Positions 1-11,054 of a stretch of DNA of 64,000 bases are shown piece by piece. A program made the translations under genes and the position numbers. The notes under the pieces were generated by a model, which was given only the letters and a program-made list of their open reading frames with translations, was not told where the DNA came from and ran no database searches. The stretch covers positions 8,865 to 72,864 of the forward strand of contig JBEKTH010000010.1 in the NCBI GenBank assembly GCA_049516255.1, in the 5' to 3' direction. This DNA comes from Verrucomicrobiota bacterium. GTDB lineage: Bacteria; Verrucomicrobiota; Verrucomicrobiia; Limisphaerales; UBA11358. The stretch's first letter is position 1; each line of letters begins with the position of its first letter.

Positions 1-1329
1 GGCTGGATTGCGTCGCTGCTGGACCAATTGCGCCGCCGGTTTCATTACGTGCTCATCGAAGCGGTGGCGGAGGAATTGTCGGCGCCGACGCTGTTTGAAT
101 TCCTGCTGCACTCGGACGTGGGTTATCTCTTCGTCCGGGCTTCGAATGATGATGTTTACCATCTCGATCTGTTAATCCGCGAGTTGCGTCCGCAACTGGA
201 CAGTGACGGCGTCCAGCTCAAGCCGGTGCTCTGCCTCGGTGAAAACGAATTGGTGGATGGCTATGACGCGCTCCTGCAAAGAGTGGCCGGTCGAGTGGAT
301 GTATTCATCCACGGTTGCCCGAAGCCCTCGGATGACAACGCCCGACCCACCGGCTCATTTCGTACGGATGTCCGGCGGCTGGCTCGGGGAATCGGTTCCT
401 GCCTGGTGGGACTCGCCCTGTCGTCCGGGGCGGCGAAAGGATTATCGCACATCGGCGTCATCCAGGTGCTGGAGGAAAACGGGATTGACGTTGACGTGGT
501 GGCGGGTTCCAGCATGGGCGCCTACGTCGGTGCGATTTGGAATTCGGGAAAAAATGGCGCGCAACTCGAAGCCATCGCGCGCGAAATGGAATCGCGCTGG
601 GCATTTTGGAGCTTGATTGACCCGGCGTTTCCGCCGCGGCAAGGTTTCGTGCGCGGCCGGGCTGTGAAACGGCGGCTGATGAAATCCATCGGCCATGTCC
701 ACTTCGCCGAGTTGCAGCGCCCGTTGCGCGTATTGGCGACCAATCTCGAAACGCTCGAACGCACCGTCTTTTCCAGCGGCGAAGTCGCCGACGCCGTTCA
801 TGCCAGCATCGCCGTGCCCGGCATTTGCGTGCCGGTGACGATGGACGGCGAAAGCTTCGTGGACGGCGGCATCGTGGATCCGCTGCCGGCGGACGTGCTC
901 CGCGAAATGGGCGTCAACCGCATCATCGCGGTCAACGCCATTCCAACGCCTGACCGCATCCGCTACTGCCTCCAGGCTGAACACGAGCTTGCGCAGTTGT
1001 CAAAAAAGCGCGCCCGCGAAGTCATTCGCAAATGGTTTCCTTTGGATCAGCATTTGAACTATTTCGCGCGCGGCAACATTCTGGAAATTCTCATGCGCAG
1101 CGTTCACGGCGCGCAAATCCGCATGGCCGAATCGCTGGGACGACAGGCGGACATCGTGCTGCGCCCGCAGATTTGTGAAGACAACTGGGTGGATTTTCGC
1201 GACCCCGGACGCTTCATCAAACCGGGCCGGCAGATCGCCGAGCGTTACCTGGACGAAATCACGGCGCTGGTCGCCAGAAGGGCGGTGGAAAATGAAACTG
1301 CGTTCGAACCAATGGCAGCAGTTGTCTGA
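1..1329 (+). CDS. Patatin-like phospholipase (N-terminus probably outside window)
   Basis: ORF track gives 28..1329, but that start is TTG and the frame stays open back to nt 1. Glycine-rich loop GLALSSGAAKG, GxSxG nucleophile motif (GSSMG) and DGG Asp motif (FVDGGIVDP) indicate the patatin fold. Confidence 0.8.
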   Translation, partial: GWIASLLDQLRRRFHYVLIEAVAEELSAPTLFEFLLHSDVGYLFVRASNDDVYHLDLLIRELRPQLDSDGVQLKPVLCLGENELVDGYDALLQRVAGRVDVFIHGCPKPSDDNARPTGSFRTDVRRLARGIGSCLVGLALSSGAAKGLSHIGVIQVLEENGIDVDVVAGSSMGAYVGAIWNSGKNGAQLEAIAREMESRWAFWSLIDPAFPPRQGFVRGRAVKRRLMKSIGHVHFAELQRPLRVLATNLETLERTVFSSGEVADAVHASIAVPGICVPVTMDGESFVDGGIVDPLPADVLREMGVNRIIAVNAIPTPDRIRYCLQAEHELAQLSKKRAREVIRKWFPLDQHLNYFARGNILEILMRSVHGAQIRMAESLGRQADIVLRPQICEDNWVDFRDPGRFIKPGRQIAERYLDEITALVARRAVENETAFEPMAAVV

Positions 1330-2776
1330 AACCAGAATCCGACGCTGGCAAGCCGGACGATTGCGAAACTATCTGCGCGCCGTCGTTCTGCCGTTCTCGG
1401 CGCACTACGGGAATGTGTTTCGCGAACGCGGGCTGACCGCCGATTCCATCCGCTCACCGGACGACCTGGCGAAGCTGCCGTTCACGACGAAAGCGGATTT
1501 GATCAACACGCCGGAAAAACCCGACCGTTTCCGCGACTTCGTTATCATTCCTGACGAAAAAATCTTGTCCCGCCGGCCCGGAACAATTTTCCAGGCGCTC
1601 CTGAAGGGCCGCGAATCCGTGCGCGGCCAATTTGAAGCCGAGTTCCGCCCGATTTTCATGACCTTTACCACCGGGCGCTCGACGGAACCGGTTCCGTTTC
1701 TTTACACGCGGCACGATCTGGCCAATCTTGGCGCCGCTGCCCGGCGGGTGATGGAGGTTTGCAGCGCGCGCCGCGAAGACCGGCTGTTGAACGCCTTTCC
1801 CTACGCGCCGCATTTGGCGTTCTGGCTCACTCATTACTGCGGCACGGAATTCGGCGCGTTGATGTTCAGTTCCGGCGGCGGCAAGGTGACGGGCACCGAC
1901 GGCACGCTGCGGCTCATTCGCAAATTCAAGCCGGACGTTTTCATCGGCATTCCGACATTTATTTATCACGTCCTGAACCAGGCGGTCGCCGAAGGTCTGC
2001 GCTGGGGAAATCTGCGTTACCTCGTGCTGGGCGGAGAAAAAGTCAGCGACGGCCTGCGCCAGAAACTCCGCGACCTCGCGAGCGCCCTCGGCGCTCCGAA
2101 GGTGGACGTGCTGGCCATTTATGGTTTCACCGAAGGGAAAATGGCGTGGGGCGAATGTCCGTTCCCGGCCGGCCAGCCGTCCGCCGGTTATCATCTTTTT
2201 CCCGACCTCGGCATCGTTGAAATCATCAATCCCAAAACCGGCGAAGTGGTTCCGACCGGCCAGCCCGGCGAAATTATTTTCACGCCGCTCGACGCGCGCG
2301 GCACGGTTGTCCTGCGCTACCGCACCGGAGATTTCATTGACGGCGGCCTGGTTTACGAGCCGTGCCCATATTGCCACCGCTCCGTGCCGCGACTGGTCGG
2401 ACGGATTTCGCGCAGCTCGGAAATCAAGGAGATGAACCTCGACAAGATCAAGGGCACGCTCGTGGACTTCAACGAACTGGAACACGTCCTCGACGACGCC
2501 CCGCACATTGGCGCGTGGCAGGTGGAATTGCGCAAGGTTCACGACGACCCGCTCGAACTGGACGAAATCATCCTGCACGTCCAGAAAACCAACGGCGCTG
2601 ACGAGGCGCAACTGCGCCGCGAACTGGGCGAGCGCTGCCACCAGCACACCGACATTCATCCGAACCGGATTCTGTTTCATGACACGGAGGAAATGAAGCG
2701 GCTGCAAGGCGTCGGCGTTTTGCTGAAGGAACAAAGGCTTGTTGACCACCGGCCAAAACCAAAATCGCCGCCATGA
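1292..2776 (+). CDS. PaaK / coenzyme F390 synthetase-like adenylate-forming enzyme (acyl- or aryl-CoA ligase family)
   Basis: ORF 1175..2776 trimmed to ATG 1292 (MKLRSNQW...), removing a basic extension that overlaps the patatin gene. Motifs LPFTTKADL, TTGRSTEP (degenerate AMP-binding loop) and RYRTGD. Confidence 0.7.
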   Translation: MKLRSNQWQQLSETRIRRWQAGRLRNYLRAVVLPFSAHYGNVFRERGLTADSIRSPDDLAKLPFTTKADLINTPEKPDRFRDFVIIPDEKILSRRPGTIFQALLKGRESVRGQFEAEFRPIFMTFTTGRSTEPVPFLYTRHDLANLGAAARRVMEVCSARREDRLLNAFPYAPHLAFWLTHYCGTEFGALMFSSGGGKVTGTDGTLRLIRKFKPDVFIGIPTFIYHVLNQAVAEGLRWGNLRYLVLGGEKVSDGLRQKLRDLASALGAPKVDVLAIYGFTEGKMAWGECPFPAGQPSAGYHLFPDLGIVEIINPKTGEVVPTGQPGEIIFTPLDARGTVVLRYRTGDFIDGGLVYEPCPYCHRSVPRLVGRISRSSEIKEMNLDKIKGTLVDFNELEHVLDDAPHIGAWQVELRKVHDDPLELDEIILHVQKTNGADEAQLRRELGERCHQHTDIHPNRILFHDTEEMKRLQGVGVLLKEQRLVDHRPKPKSPP

Positions 2777-4071
2777 AAAACCGCCTCGTCATTGTGGATG
2801 GAATCCGCACGCCGTTTTGCAAGGCGGGCAGCGACCTCGCGGCGCTGGGCGCGGACGAACTAGGCCGGATCGCGGTGAATGCGCTGCTCACCCGCACCGG
2901 AATTGATCCGGCGCTGGTGGACGAAGTGATCTTCGGCTGCGTCGCGCAACCGGCGGAAGCCGTCAACGTCGCCCGCGTCATCGCGTTGCGCGCCGGCATC
3001 CCCGAATCCGTTCCGGCCATCACGGTGTCGCGCAACTGCGCCTCCGGCTGCGAAGCCGTGACGCAGGCGCAGGAAAAAATCCTCGCTGGACGCGGCTCCA
3101 TTTTCGTCGTTGGCGGCGTCGAAAGCATGTCGAACATTCCGCTGCTGTTCAAACCAACCGCGGCGGAAAAATTCAGCCGCGCCAGCCGCGCAAAAAGTTT
3201 TGGCCAGAAAATCAAATCACTTGCGGCATTCCGCCCGAAAGATTTTCAACCGCGCGTCGGATTGCTGCTTGGCCTCACCGACCCGGTTTGCGGCCTGAAC
3301 ATGGGCGAGACCGCCGAGTTGCTGGCGCGTGAATTTGCCGTGAGCCGCGCCGGGCAGGACGAATTTGCGCTTCGCTCGCACCAGCGCGCCGTCGCCGCCC
3401 GCGAAACATTGGCGGGGGAAATCTGCCCGTTTTTTCCCAATTTGAATTCCGCCATCCGCCATTCGCCATCCACAATTATTCGGGATCACGGCCCGCGCGA
3501 AAACCAGTCGCTCGACGCGCTCGCCAAACTCAAGCCGGTTTTCGACCCGAAGAACGGAAGCGTCACCGCCGGCAATTCATCGCAAATTTCCGACGGTGCA
3601 GTGGCTCTGCTGGTGATGAGCGAGCAGCGCGCGGAGGAGCTCAGCCTCGCGCCGCTTGGCATTTTGACCGGCTACGCCTACGCCGGTTGCGACCCGGCGC
3701 GCATGGGACTCGGCCCGCTGTTCGCCATCGCCAAGGCTGAATCGCAAACCGGATTGAAAATTTCCGACGCCGATTTGATTGAACTTAACGAAGCGTTCGC
3801 CGCTCAAACGCTTGCGGTTTTAAAGTGCGCGGCGTCGGACAAATTTGCGCGCGATTTTCTGCGTCGCGAGCTTCCGCTCGGCGAACTCCCGGCGGAGAAA
3901 TTGAACGTGAACGGCGGCGCGATTGCGCTGGGCCATCCCGTCGGCGCGACCGGCGCGCGGTTGGTGCTGACGAGCCTGAAGGAATTGCAGCGGCGCAAGG
4001 CCAGGCGCGCGCTGGTCACGCTGTGCGTCGGCGGCGGACAGGGCGCGGCGTTGTGGCTGGAAAGGGCGTGA
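2773..4071 (+). CDS. Acetyl-CoA acetyltransferase / 3-ketoacyl-CoA thiolase
   Basis: ATGA start/stop overlap with the upstream gene. Active-site Cys in VSRNCASG, plus [20 protein letters not shown] and C-terminal CVGGGQG thiolase signatures. Confidence 0.9.
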   Translation: MKNRLVIVDGIRTPFCKAGSDLAALGADELGRIAVNALLTRTGIDPALVDEVIFGCVAQPAEAVNVARVIALRAGIPESVPAITVSRNCASGCEAVTQAQEKILAGRGSIFVVGGVESMSNIPLLFKPTAAEKFSRASRAKSFGQKIKSLAAFRPKDFQPRVGLLLGLTDPVCGLNMGETAELLAREFAVSRAGQDEFALRSHQRAVAARETLAGEICPFFPNLNSAIRHSPSTIIRDHGPRENQSLDALAKLKPVFDPKNGSVTAGNSSQISDGAVALLVMSEQRAEELSLAPLGILTGYAYAGCDPARMGLGPLFAIAKAESQTGLKISDADLIELNEAFAAQTLAVLKCAASDKFARDFLRRELPLGELPAEKLNVNGGAIALGHPVGATGARLVLTSLKELQRRKARRALVTLCVGGGQGAALWLERA

Positions 4072-4073
4072 AC

Positions 4074-6287
4074 ATGAAAACCATTTTGCCAGAACCCAAG
4101 CCGTCGCCGCCAACCTCCGATTTCGCGCGGCGCATCGCCCCGGTGGGGAATTTGCCGCGCACCATTCACCACACGGTGCGCGACGACGGCGTTTGCATGC
4201 TGACGTTCGACCGTCCCAATTCATCGGCGAACATTTTTGACCGCGAGACGTTGGAGGAACTCCGGCAGGAACTCGATTTCATCGAAAGCGCGCCGCAAAT
4301 CAAAGGCGTCGTCCTCGTCAGCGTCAAGCGTTCCATTTTCATTGCCGGTCTGGATTTGAAAACGATGGGCGAAAATCCGCCGCTCGCCGGCGTTCGCGAG
4401 GTGATTGAATTTGGCCAGACGCTGTTCAATCGGGTTGCTGCCCTGAATATTCCGACGGTGGCGGCCATTCACGGCGTGGCGGTCGGCGGCGGTTATGAAA
4501 TTTCCCTCGCCTGCGATTACCGGCTCGCTGCGCCCGACCGCGCGACCAAGATCGGTTTGCCGGAGACAAAACTTGGCCTGCTGCCCGCGTGGGGCGGCTC
4601 GACGCGGCTGCCGCGTTTGATTGGTCTGCCGAGAGCGCTCGACTTCATTTTGGCCGGCAAAACCATCGCGCCGCAACAGGCACTGAAGCTCGGCATGGTG
4701 GATGAATTGGTTCCCGCTGAACGCCTCGTCGCCGTTGCCGCGAGAAAAATCCACGAAGGCAAACCGCATCAGCGAAATCCGTGGCTGCTGAACAATGCGC
4801 TCGTCGCGTCGGCAATGGCGGTGCGTTTGCGGCGGCAGTTGTTGAAAAAAACGCGCGGTCATTATCCGGCCGTGCTCAAGGCGCTCGAGGTGGTGACGCG
4901 CGGAATTTCCAAATCCATTCCCGATTCGCTGGCGCTGGAGCGTGAGGGAATTGTCGAACTCGTCCAGTTCGAGTCGTGCCGGAATTTGCTCCGCATGTTC
5001 TTTTTGCAGGAGCGTGCGAAGAAGTTGAAAGTGGGACAGGCTTCCAGCCTGTCTCCATCTAAAAATGAAAAGTCAGAGACAGGCGCGACGCCTGTCCGAC
5101 GCGCCGCCGTCATCGGCGCCGGCGTGATGGGCGCGGGCATCGCGCAATGGTTGAGCGCGCGCGGTCTGCCGGTCATTTTGCGCGACATCAACACGGAACA
5201 GGTGGCGCGCGGCATGAGCAGCATCGCCAAAACTTATCGCGATGGCAACAAGCGCCACGTCTTCACGCCGCGCGAGGCGCGCGATGGCATGGATAGGATT
5301 TTCCCCGCGCCCACCGAGGTTCCGCTGCGCCACGTGGATTTGGTGATTGAGGCTGCCGTCGAAAATCTGGAGTTGAAAAAGAAGATTTTCCACCGGCTCG
5401 ACGAACTGGCCGGCGACGAAACCATACTGGCGACGAACACTTCGGCGCTGCCGGTTTCCGAACTGGCTGCGGGCACGCGGCGGCCGGAGCGCGTCGTTGG
5501 CCTGCATTTTTTCAATCCGGTCCACCGGATGCAACTCGTCGAAATTATCGCCGCGCGTCAGACCGCACCGGAAATTTTACAGCGCGCCGTGTCGTTTGCG
5601 CAGCAAATCGGCAAGCTGCCGGTCGTGGTGAAGGACAGTCCCGGTTTTCTGGTGAACCGCATTCTCATGCCGTATTTGGTCGAGGCCGGAAATCTTTTTG
5701 AAAACGGCGCAAGTCCCGCCGACCTGGATGAAGCGATGCTGGATTTTGGGATGCCGATGGGTCCGATGCGGCTGCTGGACGAGGTCGGCGTGGACGTGGC
5801 GCTGCATGTCGCGCAAACGCTCGCCGCGAGTTTCAGCGACCGGATGAAAGTGCCGGCAATTCTCGGCAAAATGGCTGAAGCCGGTTTGCTCGGCCGCAAA
5901 AATGGGCGCGGATTTTATCTGCACGGCAAAACAGCCGAGCCGCAACCGAATCCTCAGACTGCCGCATTTGTCCAGAGCCGGACGGCGGCCGCCTGGTCGC
6001 GCCAGGACATTCAGGAGCGCATGGTTTTCCTGATGATCAACGAAGCCGCGCGCTGTCTCGAAGAGCAAATCGTCGCCGAGCCGGCAGACGTGGATTTTGC
6101 GATGATCCTGGGCACGGGCTTCGCGCCGTTTCGCGGCGGGCCGCTGCGTTACGCCGATTCGGTTGGCCTGGAAAAACTCGCCGGCGCGATGGAACTGCTG
6201 GCCGATTGCGGCGCGACGCAATTCAAACCGTGCATCTTGCTGCACAATTTGGCAGCGGACGGAAAGAAATTTTATTCCAACTCGTGA
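4074..6287 (+). CDS. FadB/FadJ-type bifunctional enoyl-CoA hydratase / 3-hydroxyacyl-CoA dehydrogenase
   Basis: ORF 3825..6287 trimmed to ATG 4074, 3 nt after the thiolase stop. N-terminal crotonase fold ([21 protein letters not shown]). This is followed by Rossmann [14 protein letters not shown] and the HFFNPV motif of 3-hydroxyacyl-CoA dehydrogenases. Confidence 0.88.
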   Translation: MKTILPEPKPSPPTSDFARRIAPVGNLPRTIHHTVRDDGVCMLTFDRPNSSANIFDRETLEELRQELDFIESAPQIKGVVLVSVKRSIFIAGLDLKTMGENPPLAGVREVIEFGQTLFNRVAALNIPTVAAIHGVAVGGGYEISLACDYRLAAPDRATKIGLPETKLGLLPAWGGSTRLPRLIGLPRALDFILAGKTIAPQQALKLGMVDELVPAERLVAVAARKIHEGKPHQRNPWLLNNALVASAMAVRLRRQLLKKTRGHYPAVLKALEVVTRGISKSIPDSLALEREGIVELVQFESCRNLLRMFFLQERAKKLKVGQASSLSPSKNEKSETGATPVRRAAVIGAGVMGAGIAQWLSARGLPVILRDINTEQVARGMSSIAKTYRDGNKRHVFTPREARDGMDRIFPAPTEVPLRHVDLVIEAAVENLELKKKIFHRLDELAGDETILATNTSALPVSELAAGTRRPERVVGLHFFNPVHRMQLVEIIAARQTAPEILQRAVSFAQQIGKLPVVVKDSPGFLVNRILMPYLVEAGNLFENGASPADLDEAMLDFGMPMGPMRLLDEVGVDVALHVAQTLAASFSDRMKVPAILGKMAEAGLLGRKNGRGFYLHGKTAEPQPNPQTAAFVQSRTAAAWSRQDIQERMVFLMINEAARCLEEQIVAEPADVDFAMILGTGFAPFRGGPLRYADSVGLEKLAGAMELLADCGATQFKPCILLHNLAADGKKFYSNS
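5035..5096. repeat. Intragenic palindromic repeat (two GACAGGC-N5-GCCTGTC hairpins around an AT-rich core), in frame in the fadB-like linker
   Basis: Perfect 7-bp stems at 5035-5053 and 5078-5096. The core tccatctaaaaatgaaaagtcaga is compositionally unlike the flanking coding sequence. Translated as [21 protein letters not shown]. Confidence 0.6.
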
Positions 6288-6293
6288 GAATTT

Positions 6294-8234
6294 ATGACTG
6301 TCTTGAAATCACCGCTCATCGAGCCACCGGAAAAACCAGATTCGGACGAATCGGCGCCGGTGATGGACACGTCGAAAATGTCCGCCGGCCAACGCGCAGC
6401 ATTGGAGTTGACCGAAGCCGCCCGCGAAGCGGCGGGTGAGCGGACCTTCGCCGCCGGGCTGTTCATGGGTGAATTCAATCTTGCCGGCATCCATCCGTTT
6501 CCGACGCAAAGTGCCGATGACCGCGAGCGCGGCAACGCGTTCCTTGAAAAACTGGAAAAGCTGCTGCGCGAAAAAGTCGATCCGGATGAAATTGACCGGA
6601 CCGGCGAAATTCCCCAGCCGGTGATTGACGAACTGGCAAGGCTAGGCGCGTTCGGCATCAAAGTTCCGGTCGAATACGGCGGGCTGGGACTTTCGCAGAC
6701 GAATTATTGCCGCGCCGCGATGCTGCTCGGCAGTTGGTGCGGCAACACGACGGCATTGATCTCGGCGCACCAATCCATCGGCGTGCCGCAGCCGTTAATT
6801 TTGTTCGGCACCAAGGCGCAAAAGAAAAAATACCTTCCGCGCGTCGCGCGCGGCGAAATTTCCGCGTTCGCCTTGACGGAAGTCGATGTGGGTTCCGACC
6901 CGGCGGCGATGGCGACACATGCCGAGCCGGCGCCGGACGGAGATTTTTTCATCCTCAACGGCGAGAAACTCTGGTGCACCAACGGTACGAGGGCCGGTGT
7001 TATTGTGGTCATGGCGCGGACGCCGCCAAAAATCATCAACGGCAAATCAAAGGAACAAATCACGGCGTTCATCGTGGAAACGAACTGGCCGGGCGTGGAA
7101 ATCATCCAGCGCTGCCGCTTCATGGGGTTGCGGGCGCTCTACAACGGCGTCCTTCGGTTTACGAACGTCCGCGTGCCGCGCGAAAACGTTTTGTTGGCCG
7201 AAGGCAAAGGTTTGCGCGTGGCGCTGACGACGCTCGACACCGGCCGGCTGACCTTGCCTGCCGCGTGCGTCGGTTTGTCGAAACGTTGTCTGGAAATTTC
7301 GCGTGACTGGGCGAATCGTCGCGAGCAATGGGGCGCACCCATCGGCAAACACGCGGCCATCGCCGACAAAATCGCACGCATGTCGGCGGACTCATTTGCG
7401 ATGGAGTCAATGACCTTGCTCGCGGCCAGCCGGGTGGATCGCGACAAAAATGCCGACGTGCGCCTCGAAGCCGCGCTGTGCAAATTGTGGGGCACGGAAG
7501 CGGCGTGGAACATCGTCAACGACACGATGCAAATCCGCGGCGGGCGCGGCTACGAGACCGCCGCCTCGTTGAAGGCGCGCGGCGAAGCGCCAATCCCCGT
7601 CGAAAGATTTTTGCGCGACAGCCGGATCAACACCATTTTTGAAGGTTCGAGCGAAATCATGCGGCTGTTCATCGCGCGCGAGCTGCTCGATCCACATTTG
7701 AAAATCGCCGCACCGGTTTTGAATTCCCAATTGCCATGGTCGCAGCGGCTGCGCGCGGCAACGAAGGCGGCGAGGTTTTATCTGGCGTGGTATCCGAGAC
7801 AATGGCTGCCATTCGTAGAATGGTTCGCGGTCGGGAGCGCGGGGTTCAATCCCAAATGCGCCATGGCGTCGGTGCTGCGGAGACATCTCCGTTACGCAGC
7901 GCGGACCAGCCGCCGGCTCGCGCGCGCCATTTTTCACGCGATGCTGCGGCACGGGCCGAAGCTGGAACGCGAACAATTGCTGCTCGGCCGGTTCGTGGAC
8001 ATCGGCGCGGATTTGTTCGCCATGGCGGCAACCTGCTTGCGCGCGCAAGGTTTGTCGGGCGGGTCCCGTGATGAAGAAATGTTTCATCTGGTGGATTTCT
8101 TTTGCCGTGCGGCGCGACTGCGTATTGAAGACAAGTTCCAGCGCATTGGCAAAAACGCCGACCGCGCCGGTTATAAGCTCGCACAGGAAGTGCTGGCGGA
8201 AAAACACCGGGCGATGGAAAAGGAAATTGTGTGA
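6294..8234 (+). CDS. Acyl-CoA dehydrogenase (long, FadE-like, with C-terminal extension)
   Basis: ACAD motifs FALTEVDVGSDPAAM, QIRGGRGYET and IFEGSSEIM. It follows the FadB-like gene by 6 nt. Confidence 0.88.
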   Translation: MTVLKSPLIEPPEKPDSDESAPVMDTSKMSAGQRAALELTEAAREAAGERTFAAGLFMGEFNLAGIHPFPTQSADDRERGNAFLEKLEKLLREKVDPDEIDRTGEIPQPVIDELARLGAFGIKVPVEYGGLGLSQTNYCRAAMLLGSWCGNTTALISAHQSIGVPQPLILFGTKAQKKKYLPRVARGEISAFALTEVDVGSDPAAMATHAEPAPDGDFFILNGEKLWCTNGTRAGVIVVMARTPPKIINGKSKEQITAFIVETNWPGVEIIQRCRFMGLRALYNGVLRFTNVRVPRENVLLAEGKGLRVALTTLDTGRLTLPAACVGLSKRCLEISRDWANRREQWGAPIGKHAAIADKIARMSADSFAMESMTLLAASRVDRDKNADVRLEAALCKLWGTEAAWNIVNDTMQIRGGRGYETAASLKARGEAPIPVERFLRDSRINTIFEGSSEIMRLFIARELLDPHLKIAAPVLNSQLPWSQRLRAATKAARFYLAWYPRQWLPFVEWFAVGSAGFNPKCAMASVLRRHLRYAARTSRRLARAIFHAMLRHGPKLEREQLLLGRFVDIGADLFAMAATCLRAQGLSGGSRDEEMFHLVDFFCRAARLRIEDKFQRIGKNADRAGYKLAQEVLAEKHRAMEKEIV

Positions 8235-8574
8235 GGTCAAAAAAGCAAGCCGGATTAATCTGGCGCAGGACGTTCCGACGGGGATTTGGAATGATCAGCG
8301 TGGACACTCGGACGGCGAGGCGCTAAATCTGTTCAAAGAGTTTCCCGGCGAAGGCATGTTGTTCCCGTATCGGTCGCTTGTGCGCGCTGGCGGCCGTGCC
8401 GCGGTCTTTGCCTTCACCCGGCCAACCCGGAACGGTTCGCGTGGCAGGCTTTGGGACATAACAGCAAGGAGGTGCATCGTGTCTGCGCGAAACGCGCTCT
8501 GATAAAAATTCCCTCACTGGAGGATTAGTTACAGAAACGCCGGTCCGTGCCGGACTGGACGACTGGGACGTCGG

Positions 8575-10563
8575 TCAGTTGGCCTTGATGCGATAGAACC
8601 GGTTGCTGGAGGAAGCCGGGTCAGTGATCGTCTGGAGCGTGTCGTTCCCGCCGACGGGACTGCCGAGATTTGACCAGCCTGAATCCGTAACCGCGTTCTT
8701 ATATTGGAGTTGATACGAATGCCAGGACTCACTGGGGAATGAAACGGCGATGTTCGTCCCGGTAAGATCCAGACCCGCGCTGGCGGAAAATGCCGGGTTC
8801 AGCCACAGATAATTTGCGTAGGCCGTCCCGAACGAAGGACCGACCGTGCCGCCGGTGCCGTTGATAATGTGATTGATCTGACTGGTCCCGCTCCCTGATG
8901 TATTTCCGGCGATATAAACATCCATCATGTCGTGCACATTGACCTGCTGGTTGGTCGGGGTTTCGATGGCATTGAAGCAACTGATGTTGACCGAGTTGAT
9001 GAACACTCCATAAACGCCAAGCCCGTAGGCCTGATGGCTGGTGACCGTGTTTGCGACCTTGTAGGACGCGTAACCATTCACACCAGGGGCCTCGGACCAG
9101 GCACCCTGGGAAGGCGGGTCATACGGCAGTTCGGACTGATAAAAATAAACCCGTCCCCAGTTGCCATTCCACACGGTTTGATACTGCTGATGATGCTCCA
9201 CAAAAAGGCCATAAATGGTGACGTTGTTGCCGTTCACCACCAAACCGCTCTGGCTCGGATTTCCGGTCCAGTAGGGGGTTGAACCGGCGCCATGATCCGC
9301 CCGCCACAGCCAAAGATTGTCCCCGATGACATTGTTGGCATTGATCGTCACGCAATTCGTGGTTGTCCCGACAAACTGCCCGCCCACCCGGCTGCAAATG
9401 TCGTACAGACAAATGGGGTCTGCCGAATGATCCACGGAACTGGCAACAGTCCCCACCTCCAACAATGACGGTGATGCGGTGGTTCCGGCATCGAAAATAA
9501 TCCCGGACACCTTCACGCCATCCACATCCGAGATCACCATGGCGGGATTCCGGTTGGTCGGTATGAGCGTCGGGTATCCGAGTCCCATGACAATGGTATC
9601 CGGCTGCGTCACCAGAATGCTGTTCGTCAACTGATATATTCCGGGGGTCAAAATCAGGTTCATCCCGGCATTCAGCGCGGCATTGATGCTGGCGGCGTTG
9701 TCCGTCCCGGCATGGGCCAGATAGAACTGGCTGATGGGGATGGACACTCCGGGAGTCGGGCCGTTTGCCCACGTGGTTCCCCAGCTGTTCGTTTCCAGAT
9801 TGGGCACCAAGACAAAGTAATTGGTATTGCTGTCAACATACAGATAGGGTTTTTCCCGGACCAAAGGTGTGTTGGTGATGACCGTATAGGGTGTGCCGGG
9901 CCAGGTTCCCGAAGGCGGATTGGAAACACCTACGAACACCATGTTCCACACTGCCCCGGACCAGTTTCCCCAGATGTCGTTTCGGGAAATCCATTGTTGC
10001 TGTGAAATGGAACTGACCGTGGAAGCCACCTTGGAATCAGCCAGGAAGCCGCCGCTGGCGTAGGTTCCATCCGACAGGTTCAAGGATCCCTCGACATGCA
10101 TGCGGCGCAGCCACGTGCCCTGCGACACGGACCAAGTCATGGTGCTGTTATTGGTGGGGACCACGGCGAGGTTTTCGGCAGACATCCAGAAATTTTCGGT
10201 GGACTGGCCGCCAAAATTATAGGACTGCAACTCCCCGTTGATGGTGACGTTGTCGGGCGACTGCCCCAGGCCCAGCACCTGCATATAGTAGCCCATGTTG
10301 ATGGCGAGGTTGTAGGTTCCGGGCTGGAAGAGAATGGCATATCGATTGGCGTCGAACTGGCTCGCATTCACATTCGACTGCAGGCCGAACAGATAGTTTA
10401 GATTGCTCTGAATCGTTGCCATGGGCATCGAAGGATTGTAGACGAAAACGTTCGGGCCAAAACTGGGAACCGTTTGCGCTTCGGAATTCAGGCAGGGCAG
10501 GAACAGATTCAAGGCGAGGGCGATGACAAAACTATGGATTTTAAGACAACGGGTGTGATGCAT
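8575..10563 (-). CDS. Secreted tandem beta-helix protein, probable glycoside hydrolase (GH55/pectate-lyase-superfamily-like), with C-terminal '...FYRI' domain
   Basis: ORF 8575..10608 (TTG) trimmed to ATG 10563, which gives a signal peptide (MHHTRCLKIHSFVIALALNLFLPCLNSEA). Two successive G/N/V/T-rich regions look like beta-helix. The motif FVEHHQQYQTVWNGNWGRVYFYQSELPYDPP is recalled from this hydrolase-like family; the family call is from memory, not computed. Confidence 0.5.
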   Translation of the reverse strand: MHHTRCLKIHSFVIALALNLFLPCLNSEAQTVPSFGPNVFVYNPSMPMATIQSNLNYLFGLQSNVNASQFDANRYAILFQPGTYNLAINMGYYMQVLGLGQSPDNVTINGELQSYNFGGQSTENFWMSAENLAVVPTNNSTMTWSVSQGTWLRRMHVEGSLNLSDGTYASGGFLADSKVASTVSSISQQQWISRNDIWGNWSGAVWNMVFVGVSNPPSGTWPGTPYTVITNTPLVREKPYLYVDSNTNYFVLVPNLETNSWGTTWANGPTPGVSIPISQFYLAHAGTDNAASINAALNAGMNLILTPGIYQLTNSILVTQPDTIVMGLGYPTLIPTNRNPAMVISDVDGVKVSGIIFDAGTTASPSLLEVGTVASSVDHSADPICLYDICSRVGGQFVGTTTNCVTINANNVIGDNLWLWRADHGAGSTPYWTGNPSQSGLVVNGNNVTIYGLFVEHHQQYQTVWNGNWGRVYFYQSELPYDPPSQGAWSEAPGVNGYASYKVANTVTSHQAYGLGVYGVFINSVNISCFNAIETPTNQQVNVHDMMDVYIAGNTSGSGTSQINHIINGTGGTVGPSFGTAYANYLWLNPAFSASAGLDLTGTNIAVSFPSESWHSYQLQYKNAVTDSGWSNLGSPVGGNDTLQTITDPASSSNRFYRIKAN

Positions 10564-11054
10564 AAAATGTTGCGCTTGAACAGCGTTCAAGGCCGGGAAA
10601 GGCGGCAAAGAATTTGGCTGCTGATGGGCATGTAATACAAAATATCACATCCACATCATAAGCGTCAAATTCCAAATGTATCTGCCAGGACTATTCTCGC
10701 AGGGACAGCACCGGATAACGTCCGTAGAAATCTCTGCAAAAATCACCCGCCGGCCTTCGGAGCGCGGAGCAGCGCCCCGGCTCCATGGAAAGTCTCTTGC
10801 TTTGTGCCGGGACGGTGCCCGGCGCCCCAGTTTTGCAGACATTTCTCGTAGCGTTACCGCAAGTGTTCGTTGAACGATGATGTCTCTTGCATTAAGCCAA
10901 TGGCTGACAGTTTGCTGACAACTTTTGGATTGTTCCCAAAATTGTTTCAGTATTCGGGATGATTGTCTCGTTATTAGTTGCACTGCCTGTTGGTATTTGA
11001 AATGCTCGGGACGGGCGGCATCAGGCATCAACAATAAACACGAGCAGGAGGCAT

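Noticed and set aside
3825-4073. N-terminal extensions of ORF-track models (3825 for the fadB-like gene, 33346 for the large TGase, 51066 for fabG, 15018 for GH2, 51821 for the CLF, 63792 for the acyltransferase)
   Set aside because: The extensions overlap upstream genes or translate REP hairpins and basic low-complexity sequence. Internal ATG/GTG starts give canonical N-termini, signal peptides or 4-nt coupling overlaps.
8235-8574. ORFs 8068..8502 (+) and 8295..8477 (-) in the convergent gap after the acyl-CoA dehydrogenase gene
   Set aside because: They have no motifs, overlap each other in antisense, and one overlaps the end of the dehydrogenase gene. The region is probably just 3' untranslated sequence.
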